Positions 1 through 11,812 of a stretch of 64,000 nucleotides of DNA are shown piece by piece (within the stretch, counting starts at the first letter, position 1; each line of letters begins with the position of its first letter). Both the position numbers and the translations under genes were made by a program. Source of the DNA: an uncultured Myxococcales bacterium (GTDB lineage Bacteria > Myxococcota_A > Polyangia > Fen-1088); contig CAZYFU010000010.1 of the NCBI GenBank assembly GCA_964647025.1, positions 10,047-74,046 of the forward strand, written 5' to 3'. Under the pieces are notes generated by a model that did no database searches, had not been told where the DNA came from, and was given only the letters and a program-made list of their open reading frames with translations.

Positions 1-689
1 GTCCGCGCCATACTTTGCCTCACCTCTTGTGCAGCCATGATCGCTGGCTGCGGGGACAGTGACGATGGATCCAGCGCGGACAGCGGCGTTTGCGGGACCG
101 CCGCAGCGCCGGGCGTGCTGAAGTTGTCCAACTTGAGCCCGGCCTTGGGCGCAAGCGTGGTCAACCGCAACATCGTCCACAGCTTCACCATCGCGAACGC
201 GCCGGCCATCTACGACGACTTTCCCTTGCTCCATGGGGACGGGCACAGCGCTGGCCTCTCCACCCCCGACGATCCCAGGTTCAGGGCGACCCAGGCCAAG
301 GCCAGCAGCAACGTCAGCTACGAAATGACCATCGACAGCTGGTCGAGTGCCTCTGGGCACGTCGTTCTGAAGGCCAACGGCAGCTTCGAGACCACGAAAG
401 GGTGCCGTGGGTCTTTCCATCGCCGTTGTTCTCGTACGACATCACGCCCGCGCCGGCGCCCGATGGCGGCGCGACCGATGCCAAGCCGGCGCTGGACGGA
501 TGGCGTCTGCCAGATGCCCCGGTCAGAGACGTCGCGTCCGTCGACGCGCCGACCGGCTACGATGTGGCGGCCGAGGCAGGGATGAGCATCGACGCCGCGA
601 TCGATGCTCTCGGCGGTGCCTTCGACGTCCCATCGGAGTTCGACGCCCTTCCGGCGCTGGACGCGATGGTCAGGCTCGACGGGATCTAG
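1..689 (+). CDS. lipoprotein, 5'-partial (start lies upstream of the window); apparent -1 frameshift near 397-404, so possibly a pseudogene or a sequencing error
   Basis: Frame 1 from nt 1 reads ...ILCLTSCAAMIAGCGDSDD (signal peptide with lipobox, mature Cys) and stays protein-like to ...NGSFETTKG at about nt 400. From about nt 402 the protein-like reading continues in frame 3 (VPWVFPSPLFSYDITPAPAPDGGATDAKP... to the stop at 689). The junction lies in an aaaggg homopolymer stretch. Confidence 0.35.
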
Positions 690-697
690 GCCCTGGC

Positions 698-1165
698 CTA
701 TAGCTCGCTGCGAACCTCGGACATCATCTTGTTGTTGGCTTCGGGGTGCTCGGCCAGGAAGGCCTCGATCAGCTTGAGCAGCTGCTTCTTCTGTGCCGGC
801 GTCATCTTTGGCGCAGGCTTGCCCTTGCCTGCCTTCTTCGAGGTATCGTCCTCGTCCTCGTCGTCCTTGGCCGGCTTGGCCTTCGCCTGCGCCTTTTCGG
901 CCTGGGCCTTCTCGGCCTCCCGCGCCTTCTTGGTCTCCTCGTCGATTTCCTTCTGCAGCTTCCGCTGGCGCTCTTCTTCGCAGCCTTTGGGCTCGCACTC
1001 GCCGGGGCAGCCGCACTTCGCCCTCTTCTCGCAGAAGCACGCGTTGAGCTCGCCGTAGCAGCCGCATGCATTGGTCGGGCGCTTATCGGCGTGAGCAGGA
1101 AGCGAGACGGCGGTGGGCAACGCCAGCGCGGCGCAAAGGACCAATTGTGCAACTAGCTTGTTCAT
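698..1165 (-). CDS. secreted hypothetical protein (signal peptide, Cys-rich segment, Lys/Glu-rich charged segment)
   Basis: MNKLVAQLVLCAALALPTAVSLPAHA signal peptide. CGCYGELNACFCEKRAKCGCPGECEPKGC Cys cluster, then a KEAEKAQAEKAQAKAK charged repeat. High GC3 in this frame. Confidence 0.6.
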   Translation of the reverse strand: MNKLVAQLVLCAALALPTAVSLPAHADKRPTNACGCYGELNACFCEKRAKCGCPGECEPKGCEEERQRKLQKEIDEETKKAREAEKAQAEKAQAKAKPAKDDEDEDDTSKKAGKGKPAPKMTPAQKKQLLKLIEAFLAEHPEANNKMMSEVRSEL

Positions 1166-1373
1166 TTTCTATCGTTCCTCTCCCTTGTCTGTGCAGCCGG
1201 CAACTCGTCGCACGGCCAATGCGACCGAAACACGCAGGCTTGCCGCCACTCTTAGCCGACTCTTGGTCTCGGTGCAATGCGAAGCTGGCGCCTGGGTGTG
1301 CCGCCTGACACGGATCCGCCCAGCGCCCCAAGCCGAAGCGCGCTCGCCAGCCCTGGCTCGAAGCCCGGGTTGA

Positions 1374-3743
1374 CTATGCCTGCAACGAGGTCTGTGCCGA
1401 CTGCGCGGTCCCCGAGCCCACGTCCACCGGCGCCGGCTCCAGCGTCTGTTCCAGCACCTCTTGGATGCGCTTCACGAAGGACAGCTCGAGGTCCTTGCGC
1501 ACGCTCTCGGGAATGTCGACCACGTCCTTGCGGTTGCGGTCCGGCAAAATGACCCGTCGGATGCCGGCACGGTGCGCGGCCAGGACCTTCTCCTTGATAC
1601 CGCCCACGGGCAGGACGCTTCCGCGCAGGGTGATCTCGCCGGTCATGGCTACGTCACCGCTGACGCGGCGCCCGGTGAGCAGCGAGGCCAGCGCGACCGT
1701 TATCGCCACGCCCGCGGACGGACCGTCCTTGGAAACGGCGCCAGCCGGGACGTGCAAGTGGATGTCGACTTTCTCGAAGTCCGACGAGATGCCCATCTCG
1801 TCCACGTGGGTCCGCACCCAGGACAGCGCGGCCCGGGCCGATTCCTTCATCACGTCGCCCAGGTGGCCGGTGAGGATCAGGTTGCCCTTGCCCACCATCT
1901 GCGAGGCCTCGATGAAGAGGATGTCCCCGCCCGACGGCATCCACGCAAGGCCCGTGGCCACGCCTGGAACCTCGGTGCGCTCGGCGATCTCCGAGAAGAA
2001 CTTCTGCGGCCCCAGCAGGTCGGCGATCTTTTCGGGGGTCAGCTTCGGTTCGTAGGGCTCGCTCTCCGCCACCTTCACCGCGATGCCGCGGATGACGTTG
2101 GCCACCTCGCGCTCGAGGTTACGCACGCCAGCTTCCCGGGTGTACTGCTCGATGATGGTGGTGATGGTCTCGTCGTTGAAGACGATCTGCGCATCGGTGA
2201 GCCCGTGCTCGGTCACCTGCTTGGGGGCCAGGTGCCGCTTGGCGATCTCCAGCTTTTCTTCCCGCGTGTACCCGGGGATCTCCAACACCTCCATGCGGTC
2301 GAGCAGGGCCGGCGGGATGGTGTCGAGTGTGTTCGCCGTAGCGATGAAGATGACGTTCGACAGGTCGAAGTTGACCTCGAGGTAGTGATCCGAGAACGAA
2401 TGGTTCTGCTCGGGGTCGAGGACCTCCAGGAGGGCGGCAGCGGGATCACCGCGGAAGTCCGAGCCGAGCTTGTCGATCTCGTCGAGCATGAACACCGGGT
2501 TCTTGGTGCCCACGCGGCGCATACCTTGAATCACGCGGCCCGGAAGCGCGCCGATGTAAGTACGGCGGTGCCCACGGATCTCGGCCTCGTCTCGCACGCC
2601 ACCCAGCGACACGCGGATGAACTCGCGCGACAGCGAACGGGCGATGGATTTCCCCAGCGAGGTCTTGCCCACGCCGGGCGGCCCCGCGAGGCACAGGATG
2701 GGCCCCTTCTTGCTGGGCGCCAGCTTGCGCACCGCCAGGTACTCCAGCATGCGCTTCTTGACCTTCTGCAAATCGTAGTGGTCCGAGTCGAGCACGCTGC
2801 GCGCCTGCTCGAGGTCGAGCGTGTCAGTGGTCTGCTTTGTCCACGGCAGCTCCACCAGCCACTCGAGGTAGGTCCGTTGGACCGTGTACTCGGCCGACGA
2901 CTGCGCCATCTGGCGAAGCCGGTCGAGCTGCTTGCGCGCGACCTTGGCCACATCCTCGGGCATGCCGGACGCCTTGATCTTCTCGTCGAAGGTCTCGAGG
3001 TCGCTGCCGTCATCTCCTTCGCCGAGCTCGTCCTGGATGGCCTTCAGCTTCTGGCGCAGCACCGCCTCGCGCTGATGCTTCGAGAACTCCTCGCGCACCT
3101 GTGTGTCGATCTTCTGCTTGACCTTGATGAGCTCGACCTTGCGCTGGAGCAACACGAGCAGGCGGCGAAGCCGCTCGGCCACGTCCACCTCGACGAGCAG
3201 CGACGCACGCTCCTCGGCCGACAGATCGACGGTGGCAGCGGTGATGTCGCCCAGCCGCGCAGGGTCCTTGTTCTGGTCCAGGATCTGCGCCGCCTCGTCG
3301 GGAATGTCGGGCGAGATGGCGATGAGTTGCTTGGCCACGTCGTACACGGCCATGCCAAGTCCGTCGATCTCGATGGGGTCCTTGCGGATCTCGACCAGCG
3401 GCTCGTAGGACGCGACCAGGAACGGCTTCTCCTGAACGAAGCCCGTCACCCGTCGGCGCTCGATCCCGCGCAACACCGCGGTCACGCGATTCTCGGCGGC
3501 CTTCACGATACGAACCACCTCGCCCTCGACGCAGATGCCGTAAAGGTCGCTGCCCGCCGGCTCTTCGACGTCGGCATCCTTCTGGGTGCCGACCAGCAGG
3601 TGGACGCCTTTCCCGGGCAGGCTTTCGATCAGTCTCAAGGACGACAGACGTCCAATCTCGACGGGCATCACCGCGCCTGGGAACAACACCAGGTTTCGCA
3701 GGGACAATAAAGGCAGTGACTTCGTTGCTTCAGGCGGGGTCAT
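1374..3743 (-). CDS. lon: ATP-dependent Lon protease
   Basis: 789 aa. N-terminal LON substrate-binding domain, Walker A GPPGVGKTSLGKSIA, and a C-terminal Lon protease domain carrying the catalytic-Ser motif PSAGVAITVALASLLTG. RBS gggagag sits upstream of the ATG. Confidence 0.95.
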   Translation of the reverse strand: MTPPEATKSLPLLSLRNLVLFPGAVMPVEIGRLSSLRLIESLPGKGVHLLVGTQKDADVEEPAGSDLYGICVEGEVVRIVKAAENRVTAVLRGIERRRVTGFVQEKPFLVASYEPLVEIRKDPIEIDGLGMAVYDVAKQLIAISPDIPDEAAQILDQNKDPARLGDITAATVDLSAEERASLLVEVDVAERLRRLLVLLQRKVELIKVKQKIDTQVREEFSKHQREAVLRQKLKAIQDELGEGDDGSDLETFDEKIKASGMPEDVAKVARKQLDRLRQMAQSSAEYTVQRTYLEWLVELPWTKQTTDTLDLEQARSVLDSDHYDLQKVKKRMLEYLAVRKLAPSKKGPILCLAGPPGVGKTSLGKSIARSLSREFIRVSLGGVRDEAEIRGHRRTYIGALPGRVIQGMRRVGTKNPVFMLDEIDKLGSDFRGDPAAALLEVLDPEQNHSFSDHYLEVNFDLSNVIFIATANTLDTIPPALLDRMEVLEIPGYTREEKLEIAKRHLAPKQVTEHGLTDAQIVFNDETITTIIEQYTREAGVRNLEREVANVIRGIAVKVAESEPYEPKLTPEKIADLLGPQKFFSEIAERTEVPGVATGLAWMPSGGDILFIEASQMVGKGNLILTGHLGDVMKESARAALSWVRTHVDEMGISSDFEKVDIHLHVPAGAVSKDGPSAGVAITVALASLLTGRRVSGDVAMTGEITLRGSVLPVGGIKEKVLAAHRAGIRRVILPDRNRKDVVDIPESVRKDLELSFVKRIQEVLEQTLEPAPVDVGSGTAQSAQTSLQA

Positions 3744-3854
3744 GCGTCTCTCCCAAAGTTAGGCGGGGTAGCGGCTGGCCGCAAGCCCGTCGACAGGAAA
3801 AAGAATGCAAAAAGGGCTGGTAGGTGAGCCAACGTGTCTGTGGGCCCAGGCACA

Positions 3855-4775
3855 TCAAAAACTTCTTACCTTCCCGGGGCTTCCGTGGCGGTCGAGCTCC
3901 TCGACCAACCCACGCGTGGCCTTGTCGTCTGGGGCGAGCTTGGGCACCACGATCTCGATGCGGCAGAATTGATCGCCGCGTGTCCCGCCTGGTGCTTTGG
4001 CACCCTTGCCCCGCAACCGCAGCTTCGCCCCGCTGGAGGTCCCCGGGGGGATCGTGATGCGGACCCGCCCATCAACCGTCGGCACGTCGATCTGGGTTCC
4101 CAGAATCGCCTCGCTCACGGTGAGCGGCAAGGTCAGCTCGATGTCTTGGCCGTTTCGTCGCAAGTGCGGATCTGGAATGACGGTCACGTCCAAGTAGAAA
4201 TCGCCCGGGCGGCCACCGCGCGGGCCTTGCGCCCCCTGGCCCGGAACGCGCAACCGTGCGCCGCTCTCGACACCAGGCGGGACGTTGACCTCGACGGATT
4301 GTCCGGTGCCGGTCCGTAGGCTCCGTCGTGTGCCGAGCGCCGCTTCTTGGAAGCTGACCTCGAGCGCGGCCTGCATGTCCGCGCCGCGACCCTGGCGAGT
4401 GCGGGCCCCGCCCATGCCTCCGCCTCCCATGCCGAAGATCGACGAGAAGAGGTCGCCGAGATCGCCGAATCCTCCTCCTCCTCCTCCTCCACTGCGAAAG
4501 TCGCCGAAGATCTGGGAGAAGGCGTCTGCGTCGAAGCCCTGCGGCATGCCATCCGCACCCACCGGCGCGTGACGAAGGCGATCGTATTCCTGGCGCTTCT
4601 TCGGATCGGAGAGCACCGCATAGGCGTCTCCGACTTCCTTGAACCGCTCGGTCTTCTTCTTGTCGCCGCCGGTGGCGTCAGGATGGTTCTGCTTGGCCAA
4701 CTTGCGGTAGGCCTTTTTGATGGTGTCCGTGTCCGCGTTCTCCGGAACGCCGAGTATTGCGTAAAGATCCTTCAT
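3855..4775 (-). CDS. cbpA: J-domain co-chaperone, CbpA-like (DnaJ family class II, no zinc finger)
   Basis: N-terminal J domain MKDLYAILGVPENADTDTIKKAYRKLAKQNHPD with an HPD motif, a Gly-rich linker, and the DnaJ C-terminal substrate-binding domains. No CxxCxGxG repeats. 306 aa, as for E. coli CbpA. Confidence 0.8.
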   Translation of the reverse strand: MKDLYAILGVPENADTDTIKKAYRKLAKQNHPDATGGDKKKTERFKEVGDAYAVLSDPKKRQEYDRLRHAPVGADGMPQGFDADAFSQIFGDFRSGGGGGGGFGDLGDLFSSIFGMGGGGMGGARTRQGRGADMQAALEVSFQEAALGTRRSLRTGTGQSVEVNVPPGVESGARLRVPGQGAQGPRGGRPGDFYLDVTVIPDPHLRRNGQDIELTLPLTVSEAILGTQIDVPTVDGRVRITIPPGTSSGAKLRLRGKGAKAPGGTRGDQFCRIEIVVPKLAPDDKATRGLVEELDRHGSPGKVRSF

Positions 4776-4776
4776 C

Positions 4777-7374
<2,598 letters not shown>

Positions 7375-7436
7375 GTGCCCTGATTAAGCACCAGGGGTAC
7401 AGGGACAAGCCGGCGGACATGCAAGCCGCGGGGCTA

Positions 7437-8234
7437 CTACTTCTTCTTCCGAGGCAACGCGAACAGGCTCGGCGACGTGGCCTCGTCGAACTTGACCTCG
7501 ACTATCTGGCTTTCCATGGTCACCGGCCCGACCGTCACGACCTCCTGATGCCAGAGCTTCACGCCATCCACGGGACGCCAGTCCGAGAACTTGGTCACGT
7601 AGGGAACCAGCCCGCCTTGCGACGCTTGCACGCCTTGCTCCCAGACCCGCAGATGCGTCTCACGGTCGAGGCAGAGCGTGGTCGGCTGGCCTTTCTTCTT
7701 CTGCAGCTCGACGCATTCCAAGGCGCGGCCGTTCGGGGCGGCTTTCGGCGTCGGGACCGAGACGACCTTCGCGTAGATTTCGGCCAGGTGCCACTCGGAG
7801 TTCCAGGCGGCGCCGATCTGAACGTCTTCGGCCTCGGCGTCCTTCAACACGCGCAATCCGCCGATCGGGTCCTCGGCCCAGGCCGTCCGGCCGTCGGAGC
7901 CGCGGCGGAACAATCCCATGCCGGGCATCTGGGACTCGCCGAGGATCTTGCCGCCCTTGCAGACACGCGTCTGCTCTTCGCTGATGAACTGCATGGCTTT
8001 CACGGTCACGGCCTGCTTCACGCGAATGCACTTGTGGTGCTTCCAGCGTTTCTCGTCGCCGATGGCGGCGGCGTAGTCGGCGAGCACGGCCTTGGCATCG
8101 CGCAACGTCGGCGGGGTGGCGGACGTTGGCGCGGCTGCGCTGGGCGCAGTTGGCGTTCCGGCGTCGACGGCGAGAAGCAATACGAAGAGCGCGATCATGA
8201 AGCGATGCTTGGCTGCAAAGTCGGCCGCCGTCAA
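7437..8234 (-). CDS. exported hypothetical protein, cotranscribed downstream of the S41 peptidase
   Basis: N-terminal hydrophobic signal (MIALFVLLLAVDAG), good GC3 bias, and only a 15-nt gap to the upstream S41 gene. No recognised catalytic motifs. Confidence 0.5.
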   Translation of the reverse strand: MTAADFAAKHRFMIALFVLLLAVDAGTPTAPSAAAPTSATPPTLRDAKAVLADYAAAIGDEKRWKHHKCIRVKQAVTVKAMQFISEEQTRVCKGGKILGESQMPGMGLFRRGSDGRTAWAEDPIGGLRVLKDAEAEDVQIGAAWNSEWHLAEIYAKVVSVPTPKAAPNGRALECVELQKKKGQPTTLCLDRETHLRVWEQGVQASQGGLVPYVTKFSDWRPVDGVKLWHQEVVTVGPVTMESQIVEVKFDEATSPSLFALPRKKK

Positions 8235-8249
8235 GGGCGCCGGCCCGGA

Positions 8250-9689
8250 CTACTTCGCCGAGCGCGCCAACTCCAGAGCTTCGTCCAGGACTGGATCGTG
8301 GCCGGCGAGCAAAGCCGCGCGGGTTTCGAGCACCCTGCGGTCGGGCTGTACACCGCGCCCCTCGATGGAAATGCCTTTCGGTGTCTTGAAGCCCGCCACC
8401 GGGATCTGCATGACCGCACCTCCCGGCAGTGCCTCGATGGTCGAGCCGAGCGCGGCGCCCACGGTGTTGTCGCCGACGACGATGGCGCGCTTGGCCTCCT
8501 GCAAGCCCGAGGCGAGGATCTCCGACGTGGACGCGCTCCCCTCATCGGTGAGAATGATGACCTTGCCGAGGAACGGTTTGCTGTCGATGGGCGGCGCCAC
8601 GGTGAGCGTGTTCGCGAAGTCACGGAACTGGATCGTGCCGAGGCTGATCTCGCGGGAGACCAGTCGGGCCGCGACTGGAATCGCCATCCCGCCAAATCCA
8701 CCCGGGTTGCCTCTCAGATCGAAGATGATGGCGCGCGCGCCGCCGCGACGAAAGCTCTCGATGGCCTTTTGGACTTCGGTGAGGATCGGTTGCAGCAAGA
8801 AGAAGTTGAAGGCCACGATACCCACGTCACCGACGCGCGTGGTTCGCACCTCGGGCACGATGGGAGGCATCAGCAGCGCCTGTACCGATGGGCGCTGGGC
8901 CGGGTCGCGAGCCAGCATGGCCTCGTGGGGCTGGTCGTCGCCGTCGAGGAAGCGGACGCTGACCTTGCTGCCGACCGGACCCGAGAGAAGGTGGGCGGCG
9001 TGCCTGCGCAGACGGAATCGCTCTTCGACCGGCCGCAACGCGCGTGCGGACGCAGGCAAGGTCGCCACGTTCTTGCCGCCGATGTGGGTCACCAGGTAAC
9101 CGGGCCGCAGACCAGCGCGAGCGGCCGAGGAATTGGGCCGCACCGAAAAGACGGTGGCCCTGCCTTCGATGTCGCGCACGACGAGACCCGGATCTCCGGT
9201 GCCGGTGCCCACCTCCACCACCTCGGCGGCGGGCTGCGAACCGGTCTTCACCTCGGGCGTGTCTTCTTCTTCGGATGCCTCTCCCGGACCGTGCACCTCG
9301 AGGTGCGATTGTCCGAGCCCGCCCATCATCTGGTTCACCACGCGATAGAACGTCGGCTCGTCGGGCGCCGCCATGGCCAGCGGCTCGTACTTGGCGCGCA
9401 AGGCGTCCCACTCCTTGTCGACCAGGGCCTTGTCGAAGTCCTTGTCCCGAACCGCCGTCCACGCCGCCGTGAAGATGGCCTGTCGAACCTCGAGCTGCAC
9501 CTTCCCGGGCCCCATGGGGGCACGGGTGGGAACGTCCTGCCCATCGAGTGGCGAGAAGGGCGGCGGATCAGTTGGTCGAGCGGCATCGGGCGCGGTCGTG
9601 TTCGTCTGCGGCTGTGGCGGGTGTGTGGTGCTTGCGCAGCCAGAGAGCATCATCACGAGACCAAGCGAGAGCCTGGGAAAGAAGCGCAT
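8250..9689 (-). CDS. S41 family peptidase lipoprotein (tail-specific/C-terminal processing protease-like, with PDZ)
   Basis: Lipobox MMLSGCAS. S41 motifs IIFDLRGNPGG and the catalytic Ser/Lys region LTDEGSASTSEILASGLQ ... GFKTPKG. Confidence 0.8.
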   Translation of the reverse strand: MRFFPRLSLGLVMMLSGCASTTHPPQPQTNTTAPDAARPTDPPPFSPLDGQDVPTRAPMGPGKVQLEVRQAIFTAAWTAVRDKDFDKALVDKEWDALRAKYEPLAMAAPDEPTFYRVVNQMMGGLGQSHLEVHGPGEASEEEDTPEVKTGSQPAAEVVEVGTGTGDPGLVVRDIEGRATVFSVRPNSSAARAGLRPGYLVTHIGGKNVATLPASARALRPVEERFRLRRHAAHLLSGPVGSKVSVRFLDGDDQPHEAMLARDPAQRPSVQALLMPPIVPEVRTTRVGDVGIVAFNFFLLQPILTEVQKAIESFRRGGARAIIFDLRGNPGGFGGMAIPVAARLVSREISLGTIQFRDFANTLTVAPPIDSKPFLGKVIILTDEGSASTSEILASGLQEAKRAIVVGDNTVGAALGSTIEALPGGAVMQIPVAGFKTPKGISIEGRGVQPDRRVLETRAALLAGHDPVLDEALELARSAK

Positions 9690-9771
9690 CGTGCGCGCAT
9701 TCTACCCAACAACGGATGGTCGGCTGGGGGGGAATCGCGGCAAGGAACGACGGCCGAGGGCGGACCGCCGG

Positions 9772-10257
9772 TCAGTACGGGACCCTGCCGGCTAGCGCGG
9801 CATACACGGCGAACGGTCTGTGTGCGTCGGGCGACTCCACGCGCTCTTTCACCAGGGGGACCGACGCGTCGCCACCCAACGCCTGGTAGAAGACGGCGTC
9901 ATCGAAACCCGCTGCCGCGGCGTCATCTCGGCTGGCGGCGAAATACACGGCCCGTGGCCGCGCCCACAGGATGGCTCCGAGGCACATGGGGCACGGCTCG
10001 CAGCTCGCGTAGACGTCGCAGCCGTCGAGGCTGAATGACCCCAGCGCCGCGCACGCGGCACGGATGGCCTGGACCTCGGCGTGGGCGGTTGGGTCGTTGT
10101 TCGCCACCACGGCGTTCGATGCCTTGGCGATCGCGATACCGTCTTTGACGACGACGGCCCCGAAGGGCCCGCCGTGGCCCGCCTGGGCGCCGCGAACGGC
10201 CTCCGCGATGGCGAGGTCCAAGAACCGCTGCTTGTCCGAAGGCGAAGGTTCGTTCAT
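9772..10257 (-). CDS. CMP/dCMP-type zinc deaminase (tRNA adenosine deaminase / guanine deaminase-like)
   Basis: MNEPSPSDKQRFLDLAIAEA..., the HAE motif (DPTAHAEVQAIRAA) and PCxxC (SCEPCPMCLGAI). The long six-frame ORF 9772..11169 is three genes plus out-of-frame read-through; the internal ATG at 10257 is taken as the start. Confidence 0.8.
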   Translation of the reverse strand: MNEPSPSDKQRFLDLAIAEAVRGAQAGHGGPFGAVVVKDGIAIAKASNAVVANNDPTAHAEVQAIRAACAALGSFSLDGCDVYASCEPCPMCLGAILWARPRAVYFAASRDDAAAAGFDDAVFYQALGGDASVPLVKERVESPDAHRPFAVYAALAGRVPY

Positions 10258-10979
10258 GTGCGCTCTCCGAAGATGGCGGTACCTACGCGAACGATGGTGG
10301 CGCCCTCCGCGATGGCGACCTCGAGGTCGTGGCTCATGCCCATGGACAGCTCGTCGAGGGCCACGTTTGGACGGTCGCGCTTGCGCTCCTCCTCCTGTAG
10401 GCGGCGCAGCGCCACGAAGTGCGGGCGCGAGCTCTCGGGGTTCTCGTCGTAGGGCGGGATGACCATGAGCCCCTGGCAGCGGACGTTCGCCAGCTCGGCG
10501 ACGCGGTCGAGCACCGCAGGCAGCGCGGCCGGAGAGACTCCGCTCTTTTGAACCTCGCCCGCGACGTTGACCTGAATCAGGCAGCCCTGTGCCACGCCGA
10601 GGGCGGCGGCCTTCGCGTCGATGGCCGCGAGCACTTCGGCCGAGCCAACCGAGTGCACGAGAACGATCTTGCCGGCAACGTACTTCACCTTGTTGGTTTG
10701 CAGCGGGCCGATGAAGTGCCAGCGCGGAACGGGCAGCTCGGCCCTCGCCTGCAGCAGTTGCGCGACGGCGGCGTGCTTGTCGCGGAACTCCTGGCCGTAG
10801 TTCTCCCCGAAATTCACCTGGTCGGCCTCGAGCGCCGCGACGATGTCCTCGGGAGCCACGGTCTTGCTGACCGCGAGCACGGTCACGCGGTCCCGATCGC
10901 GCTTGCAGGCGAGCGTCGCTTCGTCGACTCGGCGGCGGACCTCGCGCAGATTCGCTGCGATCTGTTCGGGGCGGGTCAA
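10254..10979 (-). CDS. yggS: YggS family pyridoxal-phosphate homeostasis protein (alanine-racemase N-terminal fold)
   Basis: Conserved core ...VTVLAVSKTVAPEDIVAALEADQVNFGENYGQE...HFIGPLQTNKVKYV...LSMGMSHDLEVAIAEGATIVRVGTAIFG. The N-terminal 60 aa of the ORF is Arg-rich junk, so a TTG start at 10979 is proposed. Its stop overlaps the deaminase ATG (ATGA). Confidence 0.75.
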   Translation of the reverse strand: MTRPEQIAANLREVRRRVDEATLACKRDRDRVTVLAVSKTVAPEDIVAALEADQVNFGENYGQEFRDKHAAVAQLLQARAELPVPRWHFIGPLQTNKVKYVAGKIVLVHSVGSAEVLAAIDAKAAALGVAQGCLIQVNVAGEVQKSGVSPAALPAVLDRVAELANVRCQGLMVIPPYDENPESSRPHFVALRRLQEEERKRDRPNVALDELSMGMSHDLEVAIAEGATIVRVGTAIFGERT

Positions 10980-11590
10980 ACGGCGACTCCGAAAGCAGGC
11001 GGTGGATACCCGGGGACGGCCTCGAGGGCGCGCAGATCGGCGAGGGCTTCGGCCAGGGGCAGGCCGACCACGTTGGTGAAGGACCCGCGCAGGTCGGTGA
11101 CGAAGGCACCGGCGATGCCCTGGATGGCGTACGCGCCGGCCTTCCCGCGCCATTCTCCCGACGCCACATAGGCCGCGATCTCCGTTGCGTCGAGCGAGCG
11201 GAAGTGCACCGAAGTGCTCGTCAGCCGCTCGACCATTCGTTCGCCGAAGCGGATGCGGTAGGCGGTCAGCACCTCGTGTCTGTGCCCGGCGAGCTGCCCG
11301 AGCATCGCCCCTGCTTCCGCTTCATCGGCGGCCTTGCCGAGGATACGGTTGCCCAGCGCCACCACCGTGTCGGCGGCGAGCACGGCGAGGGCGGGGCTGC
11401 CCAAGCGAGCGACGCCGGCGTCGCATTTCTCCGCCGCCATTCTCACGGCGTAGTCGCGCACCGGCTCGCCGTCACGAACGGACTCGTCGATGTCGACCGG
11501 CAACGTGGTGAGCGCAAGCCCGACGGATGTCAGCAATTCACGGCGTCGTGGCGATGCCGAAGCAAGGATCAGATCCGGTGTTCTTTGCAA
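10976..11590 (-). CDS. maf: Maf-like nucleoside triphosphate pyrophosphatase (septum formation protein Maf)
   Basis: LILASASPRRRELL...DIDE...AADTVV...KP Maf signature. TTG start proposed at 11590; the upstream part of the ORF is low-complexity junk. Its stop overlaps the proposed YggS start. Confidence 0.75.
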   Translation of the reverse strand: MQRTPDLILASASPRRRELLTSVGLALTTLPVDIDESVRDGEPVRDYAVRMAAEKCDAGVARLGSPALAVLAADTVVALGNRILGKAADEAEAGAMLGQLAGHRHEVLTAYRIRFGERMVERLTSTSVHFRSLDATEIAAYVASGEWRGKAGAYAIQGIAGAFVTDLRGSFTNVVGLPLAEALADLRALEAVPGYPPPAFGVAV

Positions 11591-11812
11591 AGCTCCGTGA
11601 GTATATCGCCCCGGCTCCCGAATCGAGCTCCATCGTCCGTGGTTTGTGCCGGGCCCGAGGTGGCGGTGACAGGAGGGCGCTGATGCTTTGCGGCGGAGCG
11701 TGCTGCCCCGCGGGATGCGCTCGGACTTGCCATGACAAATCGGAGTCTCCGAGCCGGAATTAGGCGCTGGCCGGCGGCCGCCCTGCATGTCAGAAATAGT
11801 CACACCGACACC

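Noticed and set aside
1461-3710. 749-aa ORF on the plus strand (plus several others, e.g. 1465..2055, 2531..3013)
   Set aside because: It is antisense to the lon gene, whose identity is unambiguous. Its translation is Arg/Leu/Gly/Asp/His-rich with no motifs, the typical antisense-ORF artefact of about 70% GC DNA.
3744-3854. Sigma-32-like heat-shock promoter upstream of lon (CTTGCGG…CCCCGCCTAA)
   Set aside because: The spacing between elements is about 11 nt rather than 13-15, and the -10 match is weak. It is kept only as a remark within the heat-shock cluster finding.
7419-10034. 871-aa plus-strand ORF
   Set aside because: It spans antisense to three well-supported minus-strand genes (exported protein, S41 peptidase, deaminase). 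Its composition is junk-like with no domain.
9772-11169. Single 465-aa ORF
   Set aside because: It is actually three separate genes (deaminase, yggS, maf region) read through. The N-terminal 300 aa in this frame are Arg/Gly/Pro junk, and it was split using conserved N-termini and internal starts.
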